A stretch of DNA of 64,000 nt from an uncultured Phycisphaeraceae bacterium. Its GTDB lineage: Bacteria; Planctomycetota; B15-G4; JADJEK01. The stretch is from positions 69,735-133,734 of the forward strand of contig CAZYQW010000029.1 in the NCBI GenBank assembly GCA_964649825.1, read 5' to 3'. Position numbers and translations under genes: made by a program. How positions within the stretch are numbered: position 1 is the first letter of the stretch; every line of letters starts with the position of its first letter. A model generated the notes under the pieces. The model was not told the origin of the DNA. It searched no databases and was given only the letters and a program-made list of their open reading frames with translations. Shown here in pieces: positions 27,871 through 38,341 of this stretch.

Positions 27871-29634
27871 CTATTCGCCGGCGCCATCCTTCCCTGCCTC
27901 GGCCGGCTTCGGAATCACCACCATCTCCCCGCCGTTCCTCTCGGCGAGCTCCCGCAGGAAGTCCAGGTCGGCGTCCGCTCCGAACGCGATCGTATCGACG
28001 CGGATCTCGCCGCTTCGGTTCAGCCGAGAGACCTCCTCGACGATGTCGAGCGCGTTGGTCATCAGGCCCAGCGTCGGCCGCCCGTCCGAGAGGACGATGA
28101 TCTGGTCGGGAACGGGCCGCTTCCGGTCCGACGCGAGCCGCGATCCGACCCACGCGATGCCGACCGCGGCCCGCACGCCGCCGAAGAAGTCCGTCCCCCC
28201 GACTGCCCCGATCCCACGGACGAAGCGGCGCGCTCTCCCCCTCGCCTCGTCGGAGCCGGGGACGAACGCGTCCACGAACACGCGAACGTTCTGACTGAAC
28301 GTGACCACGTTGAACTGGGTCTCCTCGTCCAGCCGCTCGATCGTGCCGAGGAGCTCTTTTCGCGCCGACTCGATCTTCGATTCGAACCCGACCGGGCCGA
28401 TCAGGTCCTGCATGCTGCCGGACCCGTCGATCACGAACACGATCCGGCGACCGAGGATCGGCACCCCGTAGAAGCGCGGAGCGGCCGCGTACCGCTTGTC
28501 GAGCGGTCCGATCGACTTGCCTTGTCTCATGAGCCGGCGCGCGCGGATGTACTCCAGGAACCGTGGCTGCGCCCGCTCCTGGAGGTACCACTCCAGGTAC
28601 TTCGATCGATCGGTCGGGTTGCGAAACGTCACCGGCGTCAGATGATCGATCGTGTCCCCCAACGCGTCCTCGACCCGCACCGGGAACGACCGCGCTCCGG
28701 GCGCGGACCCACGCGATGGGTCGGCGAGGAGTTCGGCCAGGCGACGAATCGAGGTCTCGACGACACGCTTCCGCAACACGCGGAGCACCGCGAGGCAGAC
28801 CTCCTCGTCCTCGGACGGCGAGACGAGGTCGATCAATCGCTCGAGCTTCGCGTCCGCGAGCTCCAGCTCGGGATCGGCGTCGAGCGTCCCCTCGACGGCA
28901 CGGGCGGCGGCGGCGCGCACGAGCGCGTTCTCCTCGTGAAGCAGCGCCGCGAAGCACGTCTCCAGGATCCTGAAGCGGTGAAACGGCGCCAGGGAGTCGT
29001 GTCGTACGCTCGCCGCCAACAGATCGGCGGCGACCTCGCGCTCCGCCGCGCTCGCCCCTTCCGCGTCGCGCAGCGTCGCGAGCAAGGCGTCGACCGAGCG
29101 CGAAAACGGGAGCCGCAGGATCGCGTGCCGCGCCTCGCGTCGCACGAGGTGCGGTCGAAACGGTTGCGCCATCCACCAGTCGCGCGGCGAGTAGACGCGA
29201 TGGAGGTCATGCGCGGCGACGCGCAGGAGCAGGCGTATCGAGGCGTCCGTCGCGTCGTCGGACGTCAGGCTGAACCGCTCGAGAAGATCGGCGAAGGCGA
29301 CGAACCGGGGCCGGTCGGAGAAGTCGGACAGCATCCCGCCGGCGCGGGTGATCGCGATCAGATCGGCCGGCGAGCTGTCGTGGACGTCCTCGGGGTGGAT
29401 CGACAGATACCGCCGCAGCTCGTGCTCGTAACGTTCGAACTCGGCCATGCGATCGCCGTCGGTCGCGCACGTCGCGCGCAGCAGCTCGAGATGAACATCC
29501 TCGGCCAGGCGGTGCTGGGGCTTGCCGTCGACGTACTCGCGGAACCACTTCTCCAGCCGGTCGTACGCCGAGTCGCGGGGCGCTCCCACGCCGGCGGCAC
29601 CGATCGCGATCACGACCCCCAGGATCCAATGCAA
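27871..29634 (-). CDS. Secreted von Willebrand factor A (VWA) domain protein with an N-terminal HEAT-like helical region.
   Basis: The signal peptide is MHWILGVVIAIGAAGVGA. RIVFVIDGSGSM (MIDAS DxSxS) and IIVLSDGRPT mark the C-terminal VWA domain. Confidence 0.8.
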   Translation of the reverse strand: MHWILGVVIAIGAAGVGAPRDSAYDRLEKWFREYVDGKPQHRLAEDVHLELLRATCATDGDRMAEFERYEHELRRYLSIHPEDVHDSSPADLIAITRAGGMLSDFSDRPRFVAFADLLERFSLTSDDATDASIRLLLRVAAHDLHRVYSPRDWWMAQPFRPHLVRREARHAILRLPFSRSVDALLATLRDAEGASAAEREVAADLLAASVRHDSLAPFHRFRILETCFAALLHEENALVRAAAARAVEGTLDADPELELADAKLERLIDLVSPSEDEEVCLAVLRVLRKRVVETSIRRLAELLADPSRGSAPGARSFPVRVEDALGDTIDHLTPVTFRNPTDRSKYLEWYLQERAQPRFLEYIRARRLMRQGKSIGPLDKRYAAAPRFYGVPILGRRIVFVIDGSGSMQDLIGPVGFESKIESARKELLGTIERLDEETQFNVVTFSQNVRVFVDAFVPGSDEARGRARRFVRGIGAVGGTDFFGGVRAAVGIAWVGSRLASDRKRPVPDQIIVLSDGRPTLGLMTNALDIVEEVSRLNRSGEIRVDTIAFGADADLDFLRELAERNGGEMVVIPKPAEAGKDGAGE

Positions 29635-29755
29635 CGGCCACCTCCGTCCAAATTGCGCGCGCGCGTTGGGTCGCGGACGGGTGGGGCGCCGCGGTCGTCC
29701 GAGATTCTACGGGATCGCGCCGGATCGCCGCCCCAGCCGGCGCGAGGCTCGCGAC

Positions 29756-32629
29756 TCAGGGGACGTCGAACGTCCGCGCCACGAAGTCGAGTGCGCCGCT
29801 CTTGTCGTACACCGCGGCGTAATAGACCCACGTCCCGGACGGGAGGGGCGGGACGTTCGGGATCCGGATCGAGTAGCTGTCGCCGCCGTCGTGCGCGAGG
29901 GGCAGCTTGCCGAGGTACTGCCCGGTCGGCAGCACGATGTGGACCTCGACGCGGTCGACGTCGACGGCGCCGACGGGATCGGTCGCAAAGACGCGGAACA
30001 CGAAATCGCTCGGTCCCACGAACGGGTTCGGCTCGACGAACGCGTCGAGGAGCTTCGGCGGAACGTTGGTCTGCCTCCGCACCACCGCGACCCAATCGGC
30101 CCCGCCCGCCGGCGGCGCGCCGAGGTTCACGACGCCGGGTCCGGCAACGGTCGCGACCGTCCCGGGCTGGAGCGGACCGCCGAGCCGCGCGTCGTACCAG
30201 CCGATGGAATAGGTCGCCGTGCTCGCCTGGACGTCGAGCGTCGTCGCCCCGCCGTTTGGACGATAGACCGCATAGACGTGATCCGGCCGCGCCAGCACGA
30301 AGTCGTTCGCTTCCGGAGTGAGCTCGTCGCGGTGTTCCATTTCCGCGAACGGGATCTCGGTCGCGAAGAAGTCGAGCGCCACTTTCGTGATGTCCCACAT
30401 GTGGTCGCGGCTGCGCCAGTCCTCGCAGTCGAGGTCGCTGTGCGGGAACGCGTAGCCGAAGTACCACTCGCAGCCGCTCCCCTGCCCCATGAGGTTGCCC
30501 CACAACGCGTTCTTCCGGATCGAGTCGTGCCAGAAGTCGTTCGCGTCCGGGACGACGCCCGAGTTCGCAGGGACCTGCTCGTCGTTGCACACGAACCAGC
30601 GATGCCCGGCCGCCGCCGATGCGTCGACCCACTTCAGCGTCTCGGAGTGCACGACGTCCGGATCGACCTGCATCGACGGTCCGTCGATCGTCGCGAAGCC
30701 GAGCAGCGGCGTGTAGACCTGGCTCAGCGCGCTCGGGAACGTGTGCACCGTGATCGGGTGGTCGTACGGGTCGTTCGCGCGGATGAACTCGGCGAACGCG
30801 CGGCGCTCCGCGTCGGTGTTCGTGTTCTCCTCGCCGAGGTTCCAGACCAACGCGAGGTTGTGGCCGAAACGCGCGATCAGCTCGCGGTAGTAGAGCGTGC
30901 GCATGAAGCCGATCCCGCCGCCCGACAGCGCCTGATCGTTCTCGGTCTCCTGCGTGATCACGTTCAGCGCCAGCCCGAGGTCGGTCATGTGGTCGAGCAC
31001 GACGTCCCACTGCGCGAGCTTGCTGACGTCGTAGCGGTACTTCGCGACGGTCGAGATCCACGGGAAGACCTCGCGGCCGTCGCCGCCGTCGACGTTGAAG
31101 GTCAGGAAGTAGACGCTGTTCATCCCCTTGCCCGCGAGGTAGTTCAGCGCACCGATGATGCGTTGGCCCTTCGGCGTCGGCCCGCCGCCGAGCCACGTCG
31201 GATCCCCGGCGTCGAAATCGCCGGCGTGCGCGTCGAAGTGGTGCAGGCCATCGGCGTGGACCCCGAAGTTCAGATCGTTCACGGCCCCGCCGGTATCGAC
31301 CGTGTTGTCGAACTCGTAGTACCCGAGGAAGTTCTCTGGGCTGTCCGCGCCTCCTTTGATGAACGGTTCGTTCGTTTCGGCGAACCGAAGGTGGTGACCA
31401 CCGACGTACCGCAGCGCGCCCTTCTTGCGGAAGCCCGGCGCCGCCGCGTCGGCCGGCTGGACGACGAACGACCCGCCGCCGCCGTCGAACGAGATCGGCA
31501 CGCCGGGGTTCGCGTCGTAGTCGACGGAGACGTTCACGCCGGTGCGAAACGAGGCGACGAAGAACCAGGTGCCGGCCCGATCGGGGACGAAATGCGCGCG
31601 CCACTTCGTGCCGCTCTGCGCGCTCGTGTTCGCGGCGTCGCCGTCCGCCGCGAAGAACCCGGGAACGTCGTAGACCGCCCCGCTCTCCGGGTGGGCGAAC
31701 TGGACCTGCATTCGATAGTTCAAGAACGGGTTGTCGGCCGCGCTCTCGTGGAGCGACGAGGCGTGGGTGTAGGTCACGCTCGTCTTGTGCCACTTGCGCG
31801 CCACGCCGGAGACGGCCGCGGCGCTCGCAGGGTCGTACGCGACGACGGTCGCGCGGTCGGTCGCGGTCGCGCCGAGCGTGTCGGTCGCCGCGAGCTCGAA
31901 GACGTGCGCGCCGTACGCCGAGACCGAGACGACCGTCGACGCGCTCGACGGGCTCTGGATCACGGCCGGAGGGCCAGACACCTGCGTCCACTGCACCTGC
32001 TGGATCCCGTCCGCGTCGGACGCGCTCCCGAGCAACGACGCCTGGACGGCGGGCGCGGTCACGATCCGCATCGGGCCAGCGTCGACGTCGGGCGACGCGT
32101 TGCCGAGGAACGTCGTATCGAGATGCGTGGCCGGAACGATCGCTTTGGTCTGCCCCGGCCCCTGGAAGAAGAGCCGGATGGTCGCCGCGCCGCCCTGGTT
32201 GAAATGCTCGAGGCGGATCGGAAGCCAACCGCCCGCGGTCGCGATGAACGCGCCGTTGTCGTCCTGCACGGCATGCGTCGTCCAGACGTCGATCAAGAGC
32301 TGGCCGTCGACCCAGAGACGCACGCCGTCGTTCGACGTCGTCGTGAACGTCCATGCGCCCGACGCCGGAAGGTGGACGAAGCCGGTCCAACGCTCGGAGT
32401 AGAGGTCGTCCGCGAAGATCGGCGTGCCGTCCGGCGCGTCACCGTTCCAGACGAAATCGATCGCTGGATCGGTGCGCACGAAGTCGCCGGAGGTTCCCGG
32501 AACCGGTGGGTTCTTCTGCTCGAAGTAGTCGCCCCGAAGGCCCGGCGCGCCGAAGACGGAAGGAGAGAGGAGAGCGCCGAGCAACGCCGACGACAGCGCG
32601 CCGTGCGCGCGCACGAACCGCGGAAGCAT
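29756..32629 (-). CDS. Secreted PA14-domain protein with a DUF5060 plus DUF4038 (GH140-like) putative glycoside hydrolase core.
   Basis: A signal peptide is present. GDYFEQKNPPVPG...WTGFVHLPASGAWTFTTTSNDGVRLWVDGQLLID is a PA14 domain. The region from KWHKTSVTYTHASS through HFVPDRAGTWFFVASF looks like DUF5060. NSVYFLTFNVDGGDG...WNLGEENT resembles a TIM-barrel DUF4038/GH140. Confidence 0.7.
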   Translation of the reverse strand: MLPRFVRAHGALSSALLGALLSPSVFGAPGLRGDYFEQKNPPVPGTSGDFVRTDPAIDFVWNGDAPDGTPIFADDLYSERWTGFVHLPASGAWTFTTTSNDGVRLWVDGQLLIDVWTTHAVQDDNGAFIATAGGWLPIRLEHFNQGGAATIRLFFQGPGQTKAIVPATHLDTTFLGNASPDVDAGPMRIVTAPAVQASLLGSASDADGIQQVQWTQVSGPPAVIQSPSSASTVVSVSAYGAHVFELAATDTLGATATDRATVVAYDPASAAAVSGVARKWHKTSVTYTHASSLHESAADNPFLNYRMQVQFAHPESGAVYDVPGFFAADGDAANTSAQSGTKWRAHFVPDRAGTWFFVASFRTGVNVSVDYDANPGVPISFDGGGGSFVVQPADAAAPGFRKKGALRYVGGHHLRFAETNEPFIKGGADSPENFLGYYEFDNTVDTGGAVNDLNFGVHADGLHHFDAHAGDFDAGDPTWLGGGPTPKGQRIIGALNYLAGKGMNSVYFLTFNVDGGDGREVFPWISTVAKYRYDVSKLAQWDVVLDHMTDLGLALNVITQETENDQALSGGGIGFMRTLYYRELIARFGHNLALVWNLGEENTNTDAERRAFAEFIRANDPYDHPITVHTFPSALSQVYTPLLGFATIDGPSMQVDPDVVHSETLKWVDASAAAGHRWFVCNDEQVPANSGVVPDANDFWHDSIRKNALWGNLMGQGSGCEWYFGYAFPHSDLDCEDWRSRDHMWDITKVALDFFATEIPFAEMEHRDELTPEANDFVLARPDHVYAVYRPNGGATTLDVQASTATYSIGWYDARLGGPLQPGTVATVAGPGVVNLGAPPAGGADWVAVVRRQTNVPPKLLDAFVEPNPFVGPSDFVFRVFATDPVGAVDVDRVEVHIVLPTGQYLGKLPLAHDGGDSYSIRIPNVPPLPSGTWVYYAAVYDKSGALDFVARTFDVP

Positions 32630-32680
32630 AGGGAGAGACTCCTCGAATTGCGGGGCTGGCCACGTCGCTGGCGGTCGAGT

Positions 32681-34033
32681 CTATTTCGAATCGAACCGTC
32701 CCGGGGACTCAAAAACCCTCGGTCCCGCCGAGCTGCGTGCCATCCGACCCTGCCGCCGGCCGAGCAGGAAACCCGTCCAAGCCCAGGCCAACGCGAACGG
32801 AACCGCGGTCAGCGCGACCATCGGCAGCGCCAGCGGCTCCTTCAGCGTCGCGAACGCCACCGCCGCGAGCGAGTCGCCGCCGCGATAGACGAAGGTGTCG
32901 ATGAAGCTCTTCGCCTTGTACTTCTCCGCGCGGTCCACGACCGTGAAGAGGATCTCGCGCGCCGGCCGCGTCACCGAGTAGTTGGTCGCCTTGCGGAGCA
33001 CCTCGAACACGATGATCGCCTCGAGGGTGAACGTCGCGCCGAGGGTGGCGAACCCGATCACCGTGATGACGGGAACGAGCACGAGTCCGAACGTCACGCC
33101 GAAACGATCGATCAGTCGTCCGGCGACGAAGAGCTGGCCCAGCAGCGCGAGCCACTGCACGACGAGCTCGACGTGGGCGAAGAGGGCGACCTGATCGCGC
33201 CGGTCGGGCACCTCGACGGCGACGATGTTCTGCCGCTCGAAGTAGAGGACCGACGACGTGTACGCGTAGAGGAAGAGGAACAGACAGATCCCGATCAAGT
33301 ACGGCGAGCGCGCGATCCGCCGGAGACCCTCGAACGCGCCGCTCAGGATCGGCTGGCGTTGGTCGCCGTCGTGCCGCGCCTCCACTTCCAACGCGGTCGA
33401 GACGCGCCGCAACCGCACCACGCATCGAACGCCGAGCTCGAGCAGCACCGCCGCGACGACGAGCAGCGGAAACACGCCGATCCGCTCGACCAGCAAGGCG
33501 GTCAACACGGATCCGGCCATGCCGCCGATCGTGACCGTCGCGGTCAGGATCGGAAACAGGCGCCGCGCCGGACCGCTCTGGAACGTGTCGGCCATCAAGA
33601 CGAAGTAGACCGACGTCGCGAACAGGTTGTAGACGCTGACCCACACGTAGAAGGCGCGCGCGAGCCAGACCTCCTGCGTCGGGTTCGCGATCGAGAACGC
33701 CCCGGCGAACACGAGAAGCACGACCGCGATGAAGCGATACAGCACGGGCGCGACCGAACGCCGCGGGAACCTGGACGCGAGCGCGGCGAAGGCGAGATGG
33801 GCGACGAGCATCGCGACGAGGCCGACGAGGAAGAGCGACTCGAGGTTCTCGACTCCCTGCCGGATGCCGCGCTCGTCGCGGATCGGCTTGATCACCGCGT
33901 AGGAGCAGAAGACGAAGAACCCGAACAGGAACGACCAGACGACGACGGGCCATTCGCCCGGTTCGACTTTGAGCAACCGTTGGATCGCCCCACCCCGAGC
34001 GGACGCCGCTCGTTGGTCCGAGTCCTCGATCAA
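32681..34033 (-). CDS. Polytopic transporter, MFS-like (resembles the NTP/ADP translocase TLC family).
   Basis: The 450-aa protein has about 12 TM helices. The N-terminal WPVVVWSFLFGFFVFCSYAVIKPIRDE resembles the TLC-family start motif. Confidence 0.6.
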   Translation of the reverse strand: MIEDSDQRAASARGGAIQRLLKVEPGEWPVVVWSFLFGFFVFCSYAVIKPIRDERGIRQGVENLESLFLVGLVAMLVAHLAFAALASRFPRRSVAPVLYRFIAVVLLVFAGAFSIANPTQEVWLARAFYVWVSVYNLFATSVYFVLMADTFQSGPARRLFPILTATVTIGGMAGSVLTALLVERIGVFPLLVVAAVLLELGVRCVVRLRRVSTALEVEARHDGDQRQPILSGAFEGLRRIARSPYLIGICLFLFLYAYTSSVLYFERQNIVAVEVPDRRDQVALFAHVELVVQWLALLGQLFVAGRLIDRFGVTFGLVLVPVITVIGFATLGATFTLEAIIVFEVLRKATNYSVTRPAREILFTVVDRAEKYKAKSFIDTFVYRGGDSLAAVAFATLKEPLALPMVALTAVPFALAWAWTGFLLGRRQGRMARSSAGPRVFESPGRFDSK

Positions 34034-34704
34034 CGCGGCGTGGCTCCCCCCCGGCCCCGCCGATACAGCGCGACGATCTCGTCCGGCCGGTCGACGAAGT
34101 GCCCCGGCTCATGGCGCGCGAGCTCGTCGCGGCCGCGAAACCCCCAGGTCACCGCGACCGACGTCATCCCCGCGGCGCGGGCCGTCTGCATGTCGATGGG
34201 AGTGTCACCCACGTACAAGACCTCCTCGGCTGCGAGCTCGAGCCGGCCCAGGATCCAACGGGTCGACGTCGGGTCGGGCTTGCGCGGAAACTCGTCGCGC
34301 TGACCGAGCACCACCTCGAAGGCGTCGCTCGCTCCAAGCCCGGCGATCGTCTGCACGGTGAGCGGGTGAGGCTTGTTGGAAAGAACGGCGAGACGGGCGC
34401 CGATCGCCCGCAGCTCCTCGATCATCGCGGCGACGCCGTCGTAGAAGCGGACGTGGAGCATGGGGTTGCGGTCATAGAACGCGCGAACTTCCATGGTCAG
34501 CGCGGGCAGCAGGTCGAGGCGACCCTCGGGCAGGCCTTTTCGGCACAGGACTTCGACGCCTTCGCCGACCATCCCCGCCACGGCTTCCCCGGGATGCGAC
34601 GGCAAGCCGAGCGCTTCGAGGCCGTGGTTCAACGCCGCTGAGATCGTCCGCAGGGTGTCCGCGAGCGTTCCGTCGAGGTCGAAGATCAAGCCGCGCCAGG
34701 TCAT
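34030..34704 (-). CDS. HAD-superfamily hydrolase (phosphoglycolate phosphatase-like).
   Basis: LIFDLDGTLADT is HAD motif I, VLSNK motif II and YVGDTPIDMQTARAAG motif IV. It overlaps the transporter stop by 4 nt. Confidence 0.85.
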   Translation of the reverse strand: MTWRGLIFDLDGTLADTLRTISAALNHGLEALGLPSHPGEAVAGMVGEGVEVLCRKGLPEGRLDLLPALTMEVRAFYDRNPMLHVRFYDGVAAMIEELRAIGARLAVLSNKPHPLTVQTIAGLGASDAFEVVLGQRDEFPRKPDPTSTRWILGRLELAAEEVLYVGDTPIDMQTARAAGMTSVAVTWGFRGRDELARHEPGHFVDRPDEIVALYRRGRGGATPR

Positions 34705-34815
34705 TCGAGGCGGAGCATAGCGGGGGCTGCGCACCTTTGCCGATCGACGCCGTCACGTTCCGCGTCGGGCGCGCGCCCCGCGGACGCGCGACGGTTCGCA
34801 CCCGGCGACGTCGAT

Positions 34816-35829
34816 CTACCTGCCCGCGCGCTCGAACGCCCGCCGGATGCGCAGGATCTCGGTCAGGAAGTGTCCAGCCAGGGGGTCGCCCGCGCGCTCG
34901 CTCGCGAGCAAGCGAAACGTCGCTTCGGCTTCGTCGATTCGACCCGAGAAGAAGTCGACGTACGCGAGGACGACCAGCGCCTCGCCGTCCTTGGGTTTTG
35001 CCAGCACGTGCGCGACGAGCGCGCCCCGTTGCGCCTCGAGAGCCTCGACGTCGTCGTAGAGCGCGGCCAGCCCGACGCCGGTCTCCACCCACTCGGGCAG
35101 CGAATCGAGGCCGCGCCGGATCTCGAGCGAGGCAGCGTCGTAGTCTCCCTTCGCGAACAGGGCGTGGGCGCGGGCGAACCGCAGGATCCCGGAGTTCCCG
35201 GACTTCGGCAGCGTGCGACGGAGCTGCGCATCCACCTCGTCGTACTTGCCGGCGGCGAACGCACGCACCGACCGCCGGAGGGCCGGCGCGACGTCCTCCC
35301 GTCCTTCGATCTCCTGCATGGCCGCGAGCACGGCGGGTGGGAACTCCGGCCGGAGCGCGTGGTCCGCCGAGGTCTCGGCCAGGAGCAGCGCCGACTCGGA
35401 CAGGGGATGAAACCACGCGAAGTAGGTCGGCACGACCCCGAAGCCGGCGGGGAGGCCGGGAAGCACGATCGGCTGGACGTCGCTCGGAACCAGGAACGGA
35501 GACCACCCTTCTTCGGTCGATCGGATCAGCTCCGGAACGTCGGTCTCCGGCACCGCGCGCGGGGGCTCCGCTTCGCCACCGAACCGAACGTCCGGCGTCC
35601 CGGTGACGTGGAGTCCCGAGGAGACGTCGCCCTTGTCACGCCTGGCACGCCGGAGGCCGGCGAGGACGTCGCGAGTCTTCGCGCCGGCCTCTCGTCCCAG
35701 GGTCTCGCCGGGCCGGAAGGCGGCCGCGAACTCGCCCGAGTCGTTCGTGCCGGCATGGAGCGGCGGGCGTCCCGAGAAGGACATGAGAGCCGCGAGCAGG
35801 ATCATGGACGAGGCGAGACGCGCCGTCAT
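34816..35829 (-). CDS. Secreted TPR-like repeat protein (hypothetical).
   Basis: The internal start MTARLASSMILLAALMSFSG is a signal peptide. The C-terminal half is helical-repeat rich. Confidence 0.55.
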   Translation of the reverse strand: MTARLASSMILLAALMSFSGRPPLHAGTNDSGEFAAAFRPGETLGREAGAKTRDVLAGLRRARRDKGDVSSGLHVTGTPDVRFGGEAEPPRAVPETDVPELIRSTEEGWSPFLVPSDVQPIVLPGLPAGFGVVPTYFAWFHPLSESALLLAETSADHALRPEFPPAVLAAMQEIEGREDVAPALRRSVRAFAAGKYDEVDAQLRRTLPKSGNSGILRFARAHALFAKGDYDAASLEIRRGLDSLPEWVETGVGLAALYDDVEALEAQRGALVAHVLAKPKDGEALVVLAYVDFFSGRIDEAEATFRLLASERAGDPLAGHFLTEILRIRRAFERAGR

Positions 35830-35939
35830 CGATGAGACCTCCGGATTCCGAGCCACGCGATCATCCAAGTCGTCGGATGTCATTCGGATGTGTCATCGGA
35901 TGCAGCGCGCCACCGACTGAAACGCGTTCGCCGGCCCCG

Positions 35940-36995
<1,056 letters not shown>

Positions 36996-37192
36996 GCCGG
37001 TGGTCTCCCAAATTCAGATAAAGCGATCGCATTTTCTCGTGTCGCGAGATTCGATTCAAGTCGTCTCGCGTCCCCCCCGGGAAGAAAGACCCGTTCCGAA
37101 ATCGGACCGGTTTCGAGCCCCGGAATCGGTCAACTCTCCCCCTCTGGATCGTCGATCAATGAGCGAGAAACGGAACCGCGGCTGGAGCCCCG

Positions 37193-38341
37193 ATGATTCA
37201 GCGATCCGGGCCGCTCACTCCCGGTCGGAAGCAAGGCGTGTCCACCGTCCTGGGGAGCGGGCTGATCAGTGCCCTGGGGGTCGTCTCCGTCGCCCTGCTG
37301 ACGGGGGACGCGACGGCGGTGACGCTGCTCGGCGTCTTGGGCGCCCTCGGCGTTGCGCACCTCTGGACCGCACGGAGGCCTCCCCGCCCGCGCCCGGACG
37401 ACGTCGAAACGACCAGCCGGTTTCACGACGACTACCTGCGGCTTGCCGGGCAGTTCGAAGAGGCGCTCGCCGACTACCAGCGCCAGGTCACGTCCGCCGA
37501 GCGGCAGCGCGAGGAGCTGAACACCTGCGTGCGCCGGCGAACCGCCGACCTGATCCGAACGAACCGGCGCCTCGAACGCCTCGATCGGGTCCGCGATGAG
37601 TTCCTCTCCTTGCTCGCGCACGAGCTGCGCACGCCGTTGACGTCGATCCGCTCGTACCTCGAGGTCGCGATCAACCAGACCTCGATCCCGCACGATCGCC
37701 AACAGGACCTGCTGCGCAACTGCCGGCGGCTCGTCCAGAGGCTCGCCAAGCTCATCAACGACCTGATCCACGTCAGCCAGCTCCGTGCTGGCCGATACGA
37801 GTTCCGCATCGTCGCCGTCAACCCCCGCGACGTCCTCGACGAAGTGATCGAGGCGCAGCGGACCTCGATCCAGTCGCGAGGTTTGCGCCTCTGCGTCGCG
37901 CTGCAGGAGAACACCGGCGCGGTCTCGACCGATCGCGACGCGTTCAGCCGGATCCTCGAGGGGGTCGTCACGAACGCGATCCAGCACGGTCCCGACGGCT
38001 CGGAGATCACGATCGAAGCGGCACGGGTCGGAGAGCACGTCGAGATCGCCGTCGAGGACCAGGGATCGGGGGTGTCGCCCGAGGACCACGAGATGATCTT
38101 CGAGCCGTTCTTCAAGACTCGCTCGGTGGGGCAGTCGACGCGCGAAGGGACCGGGCTCGGCCTCTTCCTCTGCCGCGAACTCGCGCAACGCATGGAAGCC
38201 GACCTGCGCCTCGACGCCGCGTCGAAGGGGGGAGCCCGCTTCATCGTCTCGCTGCCGTGCGCGCGGCGCTCCGGCGAGCCGAAGACGCCGCCGGCGACCG
38301 AACGAGGCGTCCCGACCTACCCCAGCTCCACGCGCGGGTAG
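37193..38341 (+). CDS. Sensor histidine kinase (two TM helices, HisKA and HATPase_c). No cognate response regulator is adjacent.
   Basis: The H-box is LAHELRTPLTSI and the G-box is GTGLGLFLCRELAQRM. The N-terminus has 2 TM segments. Confidence 0.85.
   Translation: MIQRSGPLTPGRKQGVSTVLGSGLISALGVVSVALLTGDATAVTLLGVLGALGVAHLWTARRPPRPRPDDVETTSRFHDDYLRLAGQFEEALADYQRQVTSAERQREELNTCVRRRTADLIRTNRRLERLDRVRDEFLSLLAHELRTPLTSIRSYLEVAINQTSIPHDRQQDLLRNCRRLVQRLAKLINDLIHVSQLRAGRYEFRIVAVNPRDVLDEVIEAQRTSIQSRGLRLCVALQENTGAVSTDRDAFSRILEGVVTNAIQHGPDGSEITIEAARVGEHVEIAVEDQGSGVSPEDHEMIFEPFFKTRSVGQSTREGTGLGLFLCRELAQRMEADLRLDAASKGGARFIVSLPCARRSGEPKTPPATERGVPTYPSSTRG

Noticed and set aside
25580-29176. A 1,198-aa minus-strand ORF.
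   Set aside because: It runs antisense to the CARDB-like, VIT and part of the VWA genes. It is Arg-rich nonsense with no motifs.
29522-34303. A 1,593-aa plus-strand ORF.
   Set aside because: The composition is Arg/Asp/Glu-rich with low complexity. It is antisense to four well-supported minus-strand genes (PA14 hydrolase, transporter, HAD) and has no domain signatures.
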